Shown here: positions 28,009 through 40,612 of the stretch, one piece after another
Position numbering within the stretch: the first letter of the stretch is position 1
How the letters are laid out: every line of letters begins with the position of its first letter
Assembly: GCF_964188315.1 (NCBI RefSeq)
Contig: NC_135659.1
Span: 50,282,001-50,346,000 of the forward strand
DNA from: Podarcis muralis
Lineage: Eukaryota
Reading direction: 5' to 3'
DNA: 64,000 bases
Translations under genes and position numbers: made by a program
Notes under the pieces: generated by a model
Database searches by the model: none
What the model saw: only the letters and a program-made list of their open reading frames with translations
What the model was told of the DNA's origin: nothing

Positions 28009-31000
28009 ATTAATGTGTCTGAGCTAAATTATAATGTGAATTAGGTTTTAAAGAACCAGGAATGCCATTTTATTTAATGCATTAGCACCCCCTAGTGGCA
28101 ATGTATGCTTAAACACAGTATAGGTTCAATTAAATTCTTAAAAGTTTTAACTGGGCTGGATTTGGGTTCATATACCCTCTTGGGCCATAAAGAAGGCTGA
28201 TCGCCGAAGAATTGATGCTTTTGAACTATGGTGCTGGAGGAGACTCTTGAGAGTCCCATGGACTGCAAGAAGATCCAACCTATCCATTCTGAAGGAAATC
28301 AGCCCTGAGTGCTCACTGGAAGGACAGATCGTGAAGCTGAGACTCCAATACTTTGGCCACCTCATGAGAAGAGAAGACTCCCTGGAAAAGACCCTGATGT
28401 TGGGAAAGATTGAGGGCACAAGGAGAAGGGGATGACAGAGGACCTATAGTGAGTACAGTGGTACCTCAGGTTACATACGCTTCAGGTTACATACGCTTCA
28501 GGTTACAGACTCCGCTAACCCAGAAATAGTGCTTCTGGTTAAGAACTTTGCTTCAGGATGAGAACAGAAATCGTGCTCCGGCGGCGTGGCAGCAGCAGGA
28601 GGCCCCATTAGCTAAAGTGGTGCTTCAGGTTAAGAACAGTTTCAGGTTAAGAACGGACCTCCAGAACGAATTAAGTACTTAACCCGACGTACCACTCTAT
28701 CAGCTTTAGCTCACTGCGAAAGGAGCTTAGAGTGGTACATATTTGACTATTCCATTCTTGCAATTATAACTTATGAAGCAACAACTCCATTACTTCCTAG
28801 CGTATCAATGGGAACACACACCTGGAGGCTTCTGGTGGCTGCGTGGGCTGATGACATCACTAGTTTGTGCCCCAGCTGGTCGCTGGAGCTTATTACCATA
28901 CAGGTGTAGCATCACAGAACAATATTCTTCCTTGAATAGCGATAAGGATCAGGACCCAGAGGCCAAAGGGTTGAGTGCTCTCCTCCTCTTATCAGCAACC
29001 AAGGGCTCTGAGGAAGACTGTGCTATACCACTGCACCTGTATGCTCACCAACCATCACCACCCACCAAAATAGCCTGGTGACCTTAATCACACCACACTT
29101 GTCACTGGGGGCACTGTGGAGTCACAGTGAACAGCATGACTCTCCTCCAAGTGCTAAGTTGCTGGTATGAGAAAGGGCAGCTACTACTGACCAGATTCAG
29201 GCAGCAGGATGTCCAAATCTGGGCCCGGATATATATATATAGCCTGTTGGTTGAGGCTGATAGGAGTACATTTAAACTTCATAATTTACAGCTTTATAAC
29301 TTGGTTGTTGTTTAGTCGTTTAGTCGTGTCTGACTCTTTGTGACCCCACGGAACAGAGCACGCCAGGCACTCCTGTCTTCCACTGCCTCCCGCAGCTTGG
29401 TCAAACTCATGTTCGTAGCTTCTATAACACTGTCCAACCATCTCGTCCTCTGTTGTCCCCTTCTCCTTGTGCCCTCCATCTTTCCCAACATCAGGGGCTT
29501 TTCCAGGGAGTCTTCTCTTCTCATGAGGTGGCCAAAGTATTAGAGCCTCAGCTTCACGATCTGTCCTTCCAGTGAGCACTCAGGGCTGATTTCCTTCAGA
29601 ATGGATAGGTTTAATCTTCTTGCAGTCCATGGGACTCTCAAGAGTCTCTTCCAGTACCATAATTCAAAAGCATCAATTCTTTGGTGATCAGCTTTCTTTA
29701 TGGTCCAGCTCTCACTTCCATACATCACTACTGGGAAAACCATAGCTTTAACAATACGGACCTTTGTTGGCAAGGTGATGTCTCTGCTTTTTAAGATGCT
29801 GTCTAGGTTTGTCATTGCTTTTCTCCCTGCAGTGATCATGGAGCCCAAGAAAGTAAAATCTCTCACTGCCTTCATTTCTTCCCCTTCTATTTACCAGGAG
29901 GTGATGGGACCAATGGCCATGATCTTAGTTTTTTTGATGTTGAGCTTCAGACCATATTTTGTGCTCTCCTCTTTCACCCTCATTAAAAGGTTCTTTAATT
30001 CCTCCTCACTTTCTGCCATCAAGGTTGTGTCATCTGCATATCTGAGGTTGTTGATATTTCTTCCAGTAATCTTAATTCCGATTTGGGATTCATCCAGCCC
30101 AGCCTTTCGCATGATGAATTCTGCATACAGTGGTACCTCAGGTTAAGAACTTAATTCATTCTGGAGGTCCGTTCTTAACCTGAAACTGTTCTTAACCTGA
30201 GGTACCACTTTAGCTAATGGGGCCTCCCGCTGCTGCCACACTGCCGCCACACGATTTCTGTTCTCATCCTGAAGCAAAGTTCTTAACCCGAGGTACTATT
30301 TCTGGGTTAGTGGAGTCTGTAACCTGAAGCATCTGTAGCCTGAAGCGTCTGTAACCTGAGGTACCACTGTATATAATTCCGATTTGCAGGAAGTCACTCC
30401 TTTAGCATTGCAACACCTGTCCTCTGGAACTACTGACACTAGGCAGGCACCCCTTCACTATACTGTTTTAGATGCTTGCTAAATAGGTACTCATCTGTTC
30501 CAGCAAACCTATCCAGACACATAATTTAGTGCTTGCATTGGCCATCAATCACTGAATCGAACACCTAGCCCAAGAAAGAGACATTTGCATCTGTTTAGTA
30601 TTATAATCCTCTGAATCGAAGGAGACTTTCTTCAGGAGTGGTCTTGCATATTCTTCCTTCCTGGCAGCTGGAACCATTCCCTGTGCGAGGAAGGCATTTA
30701 TAATCTCCTGAACCTAGTCCCTTTCCAGTAGCTGCAAAAAGCCATGAAACGCAAAGGTTGAACACATAAGTTCAGGCTGGGTCTACTGTACCTAAGACTA
30801 GCATTGACTACCACCCTAAATGTTGTTGCTCTCCATCTCCCTTCAGCCGCCGCCAGCATGGCCAATGGTCAGGGATGGTGGCAGCTGTAGTCCATCAATA
30901 TCTGGAGTGCCACACATTCTCCTCTCCTTCTGTAAGGAAGTCAGGAAGAAGGACCTAAGTAATTGTGTTCCCTCTAAGATTGTCCCACTGATCTTTAGTG

Positions 31001-34000
31001 CAGAGCCAACCACTCCCTGCCACTTGTATTGAGGTGTCTCCCTCAGCCCTTCCTGCTTTGGTTACCTAGGCACTCTCATATGTTGATAGGGTTTCTGAAG
31101 CAACCAGACCAAATGCAAACAAAGAATTGCCTCCAAATCCCTTGCAAACAGTGATTAGCTCCATCTTTGCTGTTAACACAGCTCAGAGAAGTAATCACAC
31201 TCTTGCTAAGGTGGCCTTTAGACATTATATCAGCACCACGGGAGGCATTTTTCAAGGAGTGAGTGAGCCCGTAGTACAGATATTACTCACCACAGCCTGG
31301 GCAGGGCTGAGCATGAAGACCTTTCCTTGGAATTGTTACCTGTCCTCCCAGAAGGGGTTTTGAGTCTGTGATGTGGGGAAACCCGCAAACTGATCCCATC
31401 CATGTGGTCTTGGGGTTCAAATGGTACTGCCCCACTGTGGGATGAACCCATTGGAAAAAACAGCTCCCAAACCAGTGTTAGAAACTGAGATATGAAAGCT
31501 AGGAGCTAAATGGCACCTCAAACCTAGGTTATAGGCGCAACAACGGAATGTCTAGGCACACTTTTTTATAACAAGAATACAAAGCTGAAAATGAATGAAC
31601 TGCAGCTAAAATCTTGTGTTCATTTTTCACATGGTCTAGTCCTCATCTGAAGACTGCAAAAAACAAAGCCATGCTTCCCTGGCCACCCCACTAATATTCT
31701 TAAGAGGGTCCCTTCTGCAGTCTTCAGAGAGTGGCTGGAAGTAGGGAGGCAGAAAAAGGTCCTCTTTTCCTTCCACTCTGCAGACAAGCCCTGGATTCTC
31801 CTTTACCCTCTTTGCTTCATATAAATATATCTTTTTGGCACCACAATTAACACATATTAAAGGCCTATACAACTGATGGCAGAGACACCCACCTTGAGCG
31901 TCCGGTTTGCAAACCTTAGGTTTAAGGGTCCTTCAATGATCCTACTCCAAAATTTGATTTTAAACATCACTGTGAGAGTCTGAGGTAGATAACACTTTAA
32001 CATGCACTACTTAAACCATGGACACGACTAAACAACAACAACTTAAACCATCGTAACTAACTGGCTGGTATATTTCAAATTAAAAGCACATCATACATTA
32101 AAAGTACATTAAACAAGGCAACTAAAACCTAAACAAAACATGCTGGGTTTAAAAGAAAAGAAAAAAGTTTTCAGGTCCCCATTCCATGCACGTTTTACTT
32201 GGGAGGAAGCCCCATTGAACTCTGTTGGGACTTACTTCTGAGTAACAGTGGCAAGTTTAATCTGAAATCTTAGATGCAGTACTGCACCTAAGAGCTCAGA
32301 AACTGTTTGTGTTCATTAAATTCCCTGTCGCAAAACGTGCCTAGAACAATGCGAGTTTCGAACGCTGTCCCAAACAGCTGTGAGAACATTTCTCTCTGTC
32401 TAGCCTACCTCACAGGGTTGTTCTGAGGATAAAATTGGGAGTGGAAGAACCATCTATACCACCTTGTGCTCCTGAAGTAGCTCAAAATGTAATAAATAAA
32501 TAAAATTAATGAAAAGTTTCTCTGGGATGCAATATGGAACACCTTAAAAGGTTAGTGCATAGGCAAGTAATATAATAGGCAGGCTGAGTTTCATGGGACC
32601 AGAAGGATCCACTGAAAGGATCCACTCTACTAGGCAAAGGTTAGGCAGACAGCACATAGTTCAGGGGAAGTGAACCCAATGTGATCTCACTGAGTGCTTG
32701 AAGCATTTTAAGTGCATCTGAAGCTGCTTCTAATAAACATTTCACAAGGGGAGAGGAAAGTTGGTTGCAGAGAAACCCTTCTGCATCAGGGTAGGGCTTT
32801 GGGGCTGATGCCGGGGCTCCACTCCGCAGAAGGAGCAAGAGGTTCCCCCAAACACAGAAGGGCTGTCTTGTTACATTTTGAAGTGAGCAAAGTCATAATT
32901 ATCTAAAAAGGGCATTCCCAGAAGTCCAGAGTCTAAAACAAATCGCTAGAGTGCACTACTTCCTCTCTGTCAGTCATGTACAGTGGTGCCCCGCAAGACG
33001 AATGCCTCGCAAGACGAAAAACCCGCTAGACGAAAGGGTTTTCCGTGTTCGATGCGCTTCGCAAGACGATTTTCCCTATGGGCTTGCTTCGCAAGATGGA
33101 AACGTCTTGCGAGTCTTGCGATTTTTTTCGCCCCCCCCCCTTTTCCTAAGCCGCTAAGCCGCTAATAGCCTTTTAGCCGCTAAGCCGCTAAGCCTTTAAT
33201 AGCTGCTAAGCCGCTAATAGCGCTAAGCCGCTAATAGGGTTGCTTCGCAAGACGAAAAAACCGCTAGACGAAGAGACTCGCAGAACGGATTATTTTCGTC
33301 TTGCGAGGCACCACTGTAGTGACCTTCTGACGGTATGGAAAAAAGGAAACGAGAAGGATTGGAACTGTGTTTCTGAAGCTTTTGTAACCTGTAATAGGGC
33401 ATGTGGGTTTTTTTATGGATTAGAACAGAAAGCACAATTTACCCTTGCACTCAGGAGAGATGCTCTGATGGTAGCCAAGAAGCGGATATTGATGAACTGG
33501 AAGAGTAAAGATTGGATTGATATGATAACACTTGCAACCTACGAACCGACTGCTTACAGACATAGACTCTGCTTGGATAAGTATGACAATATTTGGAACA
33601 AATTTATACAAAATGTAGTAGACTATTAATATTTCTATTAGGATAATATCAAATTTATAAAAGAATGTATGGGTTAGGGTATTTTTTGTACTGTATATAT
33701 TCATATAATGTTTTTTTCCCCTTTACACAGTTCTGTGTTTTGTTCCTTTCCCCTTTTCTTCTTTTTGTATCACTTTACTGCTTTATATTTGATTTTTTTC
33801 CAACGAAATATGAATTAATTAGAGAGAGAGAGAGAGAGAGACATATATATTTTCTTGGTCTGCTCCCAGAACGATGGGCAGGCATCCTTGCAACTAATAT
33901 TGCCCGCAGCTCTGTCCACTCTTCCCCTTTACTCAAGGGTTCAGGATGAGGCCAGGCTTCCTGGGCAATGGGGATGTTTCTGGAATTCTCTCATGCCTGT

Positions 34001-37000
34001 CAGGGAGACTCATTCCCTTGGAAAGATGCCACTGCCCATGTATGGGCAGAAAGAGGGAGGATCAATGCTGCTTGGGGCCTCTGTGTTTCAACAGGCAGAG
34101 AGTGGTGGATGAATCCAAAACACTGGCTTAACTTTTTTAAGGCATGTCTTGGCACACAGTTTGGAAATCCCTGGACTAGAATGTACCATGTAGAAACCCT
34201 TGCTAGTAGATTCCAGGGGCAGAGAGGCACAACCTCAAACTGGTGCTCATATATATATCATGTATTTACAACATTTATCTGCTGTAACTGGATGCCATTT
34301 CACTTATATAAATAAATGACTTCAGCCCCAAATATCTGAAAGACAGTCTCCTTCCGTGCAGCCCCTCTTGGGAGTTAAGGTCCTCCACCCTCAGATGCTC
34401 AGGCATGGGGTTGACCCATGACAGAGGGTTCTCTGTGGCTGCCCCTACATTGTGGAGTTCAGTCCCCACAGAGGTGTGTCTACACTTTCATTGTACAGCT
34501 TTCATCCTATGCTGAAGATACACACCTCTTAACTCTTGCCTTTGACACTTGAGAGATATAAATAAATTTAGGACCCACTCTAGTTGCAATTGTAATTTGT
34601 TTTAAGGTGTTTTTAAAGTTGTATTTTACATTGTTCTGATCTGGGACAGCTTAATTCTGAGCTTTTAACACCTCAGACCTAGATTTCTAAAAGCTAAATT
34701 GCTTCTTATTTGTCTCTCTTGACAAGCTCCCATCTTATAGCCAAGCCAGCCGCTACTTGTGTTTCTATAATGTTATGCTTCTGCCATTGTGTGTAATCGG
34801 AAGTTGTGGTGCTTTGGAACCCGTTCAGGAGACATTGATTTTATCTAGGCAGTGCTGGAACAATTAAAATACCTTGGGCCGGAATAGGGTCCCTCCCTGG
34901 ACTCTTCCTGAGCAACGATGTCAGCTTTTCCTCCCCAGGCTATTGTCCTTAAAGGTCCAGTGACCACTCCCAACTTGTAAAGCAGCTTATTAAAATTAGT
35001 GCCCGATTCCCTGAGAAATGTAAAAGCGGCAAAGAGCAGCAGCCGTACCTCTGTTGGTGTGAACAGAAACCAGCACTATTTTGGCCAGGAGCAAAATTGT
35101 TTTTTCCAGAAGGGTCATGATTAAACTGTAGATTTGTATTTGTCATGGAATCATAGGATGTAAATTAGTACAGTACTAATGGGTTTCCCAAAAAATTGAG
35201 ACAAATTGATGGTAGCCAGGCCAAAACAATATCTGTTAAGGTACAATTTTGTGGGAGGGACGCAGACCCGAAATTTTCTAGCTGCTAAAATCATATGCTT
35301 GACAATAGATGGCTTGCTTCACAAATGTGCTTTTGTTGTACCATTTCCTTTGAAGCATCTGACTCAGGCTGCTGTTAGGCACAGGATATTAGATTAGATC
35401 CATAGCATTCACAAGGCAGTCTGTGATCCCTTTGTTTACAGCCTCTGGGCCGGCCCTAACATTATGCCGATTGAGGCGGTTGCCTCAAGCAGTGGATACT
35501 GGATGGTGGCGGCAGCAACCATCCTCCTTGAGCTGGCAGAAGTAAGATCCCAGTAGTGGGAATGCTTGCTGTGTCGCCTAGGCTCCTTCTCCCAATGTGT
35601 CACAGACAGCACAACTGTGAGCAGGCAATGAGGCACCATGCAGCCCAGGCCATGAACTCCTACAGGCATCACACACTCCAATCATGTGATATGTATTGGT
35701 GCAGCAGCTGCAACACAGCATTACTTTCTGCAGGTAGCATATAGGTGTCAAGCAGAGTGGGAGTAAGGTGCTGGAGGACAGAGCTGTGTGTGTGTCATGC
35801 AACCTGGCCTGCACCCCATTAGCACATAAGAAAAGCCCTGCTGGATCAAACCAAAGCCCCATCTAGTCCAGCATTCTGTTCTCAACATGGTCAACATGTT
35901 GATGTCCACAGGAAGTCCACAGGCAATATGTGAGCATGACAACACTCGCCCTACCCACTAAGCTAGCCTGCTGTGCTTGGGTGAAGTGAGAGATGCTGCC
36001 CCATCAAAAGCACTGAAGTAGGATTAAGTTACTAGTCTAGTCCGCGCCTGTGTGTGCAATTGAGGAGGAGGGAATATTGTCCTTTGCCCCAGGCAGCAAA
36101 ATTATTGGGTCAGCTATGAGTTTTATTCTTCTTACCCCATTTCCCATACCTGGTCCAGGTAGCTCTCTCAGGTGATGAGTGCACATCTCTCCCCCGCCTC
36201 CTTTTCTAGCATAACATGCACATGGAAAGCTGAATCATATATCCCTGGTAGGGAAGTTAACGAGCTTCAAAGTAAGGCAGAATGCATTGACTCTGTCCCT
36301 GCTAGGGGAGGTCATGAGTTCTCCGTTTCCATGTTATTCTGAAAGCACAAAATCCAGGTATGCAGCTGACTCACAGGCACACTCTCACCATTTCCTGCAT
36401 TGTGAAATGCTGCCCTAAGGTGGCCACTTCCCATCGCTAGACCTCTGTTTACAGCCTTGTTACCAGGGTTAAATAGCTCTCTTGCGGGCAGAAACAAATG
36501 GCCAGAATGCTCACGGGTGCTAGGCATTGCACCGTTTCACAGTGCAGGTGAAAGACTGCCTATTTTAATACTCCCCATGTACACTAGACCACAGTTGTCT
36601 GCCTGCAAGGAGTGGGATGTAGCATCTCATTTGCCTCTGAACAGTGATTCAGAATTTACCGTCACCACATACTTCTTGCTCAGACATCCTAGCAATGGCT
36701 CTAAAGTTTTTTTCTGCCTAACCCGTTAGGCAAGCTACCCTGCTTGCCCTACCCTGCTCCACACCTTACACCCAGGTCTGCATTGTGATATCTTGCAGTA
36801 GGATGCCTATATCCAACACTGTAACCCTGTGAGCGACACTGCTCTTTTCACCTTCTCATAGGCAGCCCCTCCACAGTCTCACATGCTACATTGGGCCAGG
36901 ACAGACAAATGATGTGTTGCGGTCCATGCTGTGCGACTTGCACAAGTGACGCGAGGACATCGCACAACGTGCATGCACGGCATGTGCACGGTTGCCATGG

Positions 37001-38683
37001 AATTTTGAGGTGGCTCAGCCTCTACTTGAAAATCTGGGGGGCCCTCGGCCTCCGCCGCCCTCAGATGGCGCCCCTGCCCCCTGCACACCACATTTCCATG
37101 TACAGAAGTTGATGGGACAGGTTCTTGAATCTTACTTCAACATTTGCGACAGGGCAGCATCCTCCACCACACGAGGGCAGGCACCTGTAGCACACACAGC
37201 TCCGCCCTCCAATACCTGCTTGCCGCCCCTGAGCATTTGCCACCTGAGGCAGCTGCTTCACTTTGCCTAATGTTAGGACTGGCTCTGGGACCAGCTCTGG
37301 CTATTCCTTCCCCAGCTCTTCTTCAAAGGAGGAGTAGAACTTGGGGGTGCTGACACACAAGCGCGTGGTGCCGCCACTGTACGCTGAACGTTCCCCCAGT
37401 AACCAATTCTGTGCCAGGGGAAGTATGTAACCCTGGAGCGAAAGCAGCTGCCTCAGGGGAATTGCCTGGTGTGTAACAATTATACCAGCGCAGGTAGTGC
37501 ACCCTTGGTGACCTTTCCTGAAGTTTACTATTTGCTTGGTTACAAAAATATAGCAAACAAGCGATCAAGCCTTTCCAGAGCCACCCATTCCTCTCCCAGG
37601 GACTGCTGCCCCCTAGAGCCCTGGGGGTGCAAGTGACTCGGGAGAAGGGCAATTGAGGAACTGTGGGAAACCCGGCCGAAAAGATGGAAAGCGATACCCT
37701 CCCTTGGACCTGCTTCGCGCCGCCAGCCAGTGGCGATGAGAGAAACGTTTCATTTCTCCCCCAGAAGAGCTAAATGCTGCCCTGATGCTCACGCACTTTC
37801 ACCCACGAGAATACGGTCCAGCACGAGGTATCTTTTTACCTTCTTTTGTTACGTCCAGCGGCACACAAAATACTCTGAGGAGCAGTCCTATCCCCCCACC
37901 CCACCTGTTTGCGTTTTTGAAAAGGGTGAAGTCTCTCCCCCCCCCCTCCCCTTCATGTTTGGCTGAAAAAAGGAGAAATGGATACTCAGGGCCCTTTGAC
38001 TGCGGGGCAAACCAGGGAGGCAAGAAAGCGGATTTTTCTCCTCAGTGGCCGCCTCCCCCCCCCCCCCCGCCTGGATCAGACTTGGAACAATGAGGCCCCT
38101 GTTTCTTTAAGACTCGCCGGCCGAAACTCCGCGTTCTTCTCCCTCAAAATAACTTGACCAGAGGGGAGCCTGGTCTCCCGGGATACAAGGTCAGAAACAG
38201 AGGGCATCTTCTCTCTGCTTCATGGCAAACCACCTCGGGCCGAGCCAAGAAATGGCAAGGAGACCCTCGTCGCCGTCCCAGATTGCTTTCCCCCTTGACA
38301 GATCAGCCAGCGCTCCTGGGAACAACGCAGCTCGCTTTTCCCACACAGGCGAGCAGGGCAGCTGCGCGCGATCCCCACCCCCCAAACTCTTAGGGTGTAG
38401 TGGGGATTAGACGAGGGCTCCCCCTATAGATGGGTGGAGATACAACCTGACCCCCCCCCCCCCGCCTCGCCCCAAAGTCTCATTGACCCACTGATTCATT
38501 GATCCAATATCTCGGCTGCGCTGGACGGACGCTCGTAAGGGAGCAAGAAACGCAAGAGGGCGCTCTCGGGCGGGAGGGGTAAGGGGAACCCTAGGCGAAC
38601 CCCACCCGCCTCGCCCAGGGCGGTGAGGGTGGCGCGCCCAGCCCTGCAGATGTCCAGGACTCACCTGCCCCGTCCCGTCCCAT
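26544..38683 (-). CDS. single-pass leucine-rich-repeat receptor, LRRC25-like, predicted 419 aa
   Basis: complement join(38665-38683,26544-27784)=1260 nt in frame; signal peptide MGRDGAGQKRWTLILFGVVLLSRELVLG, 5-6 LRRs (LRELYLSNCGI, LEILHLDHNQL, LRVIHLESNQL, IQEIHLAFNNL, LLTLGLSNN), LRRCT (NSWHCTC...CSTP...C), TM LTALFVCLPVVAILVLVTWCFC, about 170-aa tail. Confidence 0.85.
27972..28004. repeat. (AC)n microsatellite
   Basis: direct reading. Confidence 0.95.
28181..28443 (+). mobile_element. BovB internal fragment
   Basis: [49 protein letters not shown]; lacks the 3' tail. Confidence 0.9.
28456..28697 (+). mobile_element. Tc1/mariner MITE family A copy 2
   Basis: TA-CAGTGGTACCTC...GACGTACCACTC-TA. 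Confidence 0.9.
29301..30127 (-). mobile_element. 5'-truncated BovB LINE
   Basis: ORFs with YADD and SESWTIKKAD; (CAA)-type tail at 29301; small internal deletion relative to the 19029 copy. Confidence 0.93.
30128..30369 (-). mobile_element. Tc1/mariner MITE family A copy 3 (inverted)
   Basis: TA-CAGTGGTACCTCAGG...CCTGAGGTACCACTG-TA. Confidence 0.9.
32981..33316. mobile_element. Tc1/mariner MITE family B with internal TAAGCCGC repeats
   Basis: TA-CAGTGGTGCCCCGCAAGACGAA ... TTCGTCTTGCGAGGCACCACTG-TA. Confidence 0.9.
33319..33820 (+). mobile_element. L1/Tx1-type LINE ORF2 C-terminus and 3'UTR
   Basis: ...ALMVAKKRILMNWKSKDWIDMITLATYEPTAYRHRLCLDKYDNIWNKF* resembles the ORF2 end of non-mammalian L1; followed by a T-rich 3'UTR and (AG)10. 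Confidence 0.65.
34330..34640 (+). mobile_element. decayed L2 LINE 3' fragment
   Basis: GGGTTCTCTGTGGCTGCCCCTACATTGTGGAGT...CTGAAGATACACACCTC resembles the L2 end. Confidence 0.5.
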
Positions 38684-39010
38684 TCTCTGGGCGCGTTGCG
38701 GGGAGCCTCTCTCAAGGCTCTTCCATACCTCGGGCGCTCCGGGCTGCCTGGCGGTGCGCGATCTCTGCCGCCGGGCAATACTTGGCTCTGCCTTCTTCCC
38801 CGGGGCGTGGCCCCCGCGGAACTGTTGCAAACGGCGCCTCGCCTGGGCTAGTAGCAAGCCGGCAGGCGCCTCAACGCTACGATCCGCTCACCCAGCACAC
38901 TGGAATTTCAGGGCAGCTGCGCGCATCTAAAAGCCAGGACAAACCTCTTTCCCGCACCTTGCATTTGGGCTCTGCTGAGAGAAATGTTGCGTGGTTCTCT
39001 TGGCGTCCTG
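37650..39010 (-). promoter_or_regulatory. CpG island / promoter of the LRR receptor gene
   Basis: high CpG/GC content; GC box GGGGCGTGGC 38802-38811; contains the predicted first exon and its donor. Confidence 0.7.
38665..38683 (-). CDS. predicted first coding exon of the LRR receptor (MGRDGA-G)
   Basis: ATGGGACGGGACGGGGCAG|gtgagt inside a CpG island; phase 1 matches the 27784 acceptor and completes a signal peptide. Confidence 0.65.
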
Positions 39011-39667
39011 GCCGCCTGGCCTCTGTTCTTTACCCAGGCTGCGAAATCCACCTTGTGATCACCTGCTGAAGAGTTCTGTGCAACTGGGAAGTTTGCACCA
39101 AGAGAAATTGATCCAATAGAACCTTCATCTTTTTTATATATATTTTAGATTCATGTTAGATATTCAAACGAATATGAATGTGTGTATGTATCATGTTTAC
39201 AGCTTCAGCTTTCAGGGTGTGGGTTTTGTATTACTATCATCATCAGTAATAATATTTGCATTCCTATTGTCTGCTTGACAACTTGGTATGTTCACCAGGA
39301 TACCTCAAGCCACTTATCTGGTCAAAATGATATATACAGTTGCCTATAAAGGCTTATCTCATTATGAAACCAGAGCAGTACCCACCAGAGAATTTACTGA
39401 GCTAGCCTCACGGGAATAAATGGAAGCAGTACAGCCAAAGCATTCATTTCAGAACTTGCTTGTGGGGACTAGATCCTTTGCCTCTAAGGGAATGCGCCTT
39501 TGGGAACCAGGACATTGAACTGGAGATTTAGAACAAGGCTGGAGAAATTATGGTCCTCAAGGTGTTGTTGGACTCCTAACACTGGAGAGCTATTGATACT
39601 CAGTGTGGTCTGTACAAGGCTAGAGAGATTGTTTTTAACCCTTTGGCATTCTAGTTACATTCTAGTT

Positions 39668-39734
39668 AAGCTCATACCAAGAACTAACTTAGTTGGTCTT
39701 TAAGGTGCTACTGGAAGGAATTTTTTTTGTTTTG
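39668..39734. mobile_element. Penelope-like terminal fragment with TSD
   Basis: AAGCTCATACCAAGAACTAACTTAGTTGG...GGAATTTTTTTTTGTTTTG matches the 23601 arm; CCTTTGGCATTCT at 39640-39652 and 39735-39747. Confidence 0.8.
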
Positions 39735-40612
39735 CCTTTGGCATTCTGTTATACATCTGACTTACATGGGAGGAAGGTGCATGAAAATAAATTATACTTC
39801 CAGGTGAGCAGAGGGGCAGGTGTGTCTGCGAGGGTGGGGGCCTGTCTGAGTCAGTGATTTCAGAGGCCATTTGTCTGCCCTGATGCCAGGATGTTTGTCC
39901 AGCCAGCGCAGCAGGAACATAGACACCCCATGGCTTATGGCCTCGAAAGCATGCACAATTCAAGTCCCTTTCCAATGATCCACCACCTAGCCTGGTTTTA
40001 CTGATTTATTAATTCTGAATCCCACACTGCAACATTAACCAGGGAGAAGCAATTCTGTTACAGTTTAACTCTGGGTGCTTTGCTTTACCCCCACCCCCTG
40101 TTAATCACCTTTTGCACACAGCTCCTTTTCTCTGCTAGCCCTTTTCCTTTACACAGGAATACTCTTTTCTCTCTGCACTCAGAGCCAAATGCACTCTTTC
40201 CCCTCTTTGCACAAGATCTGCATCCTTCCCTCACTTGTGCTACTATTATTCTCTTTCCCCATCTGCAGTTCTCATGACTTCCCCATTCACAGAACTTGCT
40301 GCTTTCCCAGACACGTCAAATATACATCCTCTTTCCTCCCGCCACTGCAAATAAATCACACCCTCTGCTCCTCATTGCACCTCATAGTACTACAGCAAAT
40401 ATCCCACCTCTATGTCACCCAACTTTTCTCTTTCTCCAGCCCCCAGGCCTCTCTCTACACCCTTATCTCTAAGCTTCTGTATTTGGTTTCTCTCTCTGCC
40501 CTACCAAGTTCAGTGGCAGTAGCCCACAGGGCTTTTGCTCTTCCAGCAACCCACGTGTTAAGGGAGATGCAAGATGGCCATGTCATGTGGCTGGCTCCTG
40601 TAACAGACTGGC

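Noticed and set aside
38154-39069. Long ORFs on both strands in the LRR-gene CpG island
   Set aside because: GC-driven open frames with no recognisable domain; only the 19-nt exon is supported by splice and phase logic.
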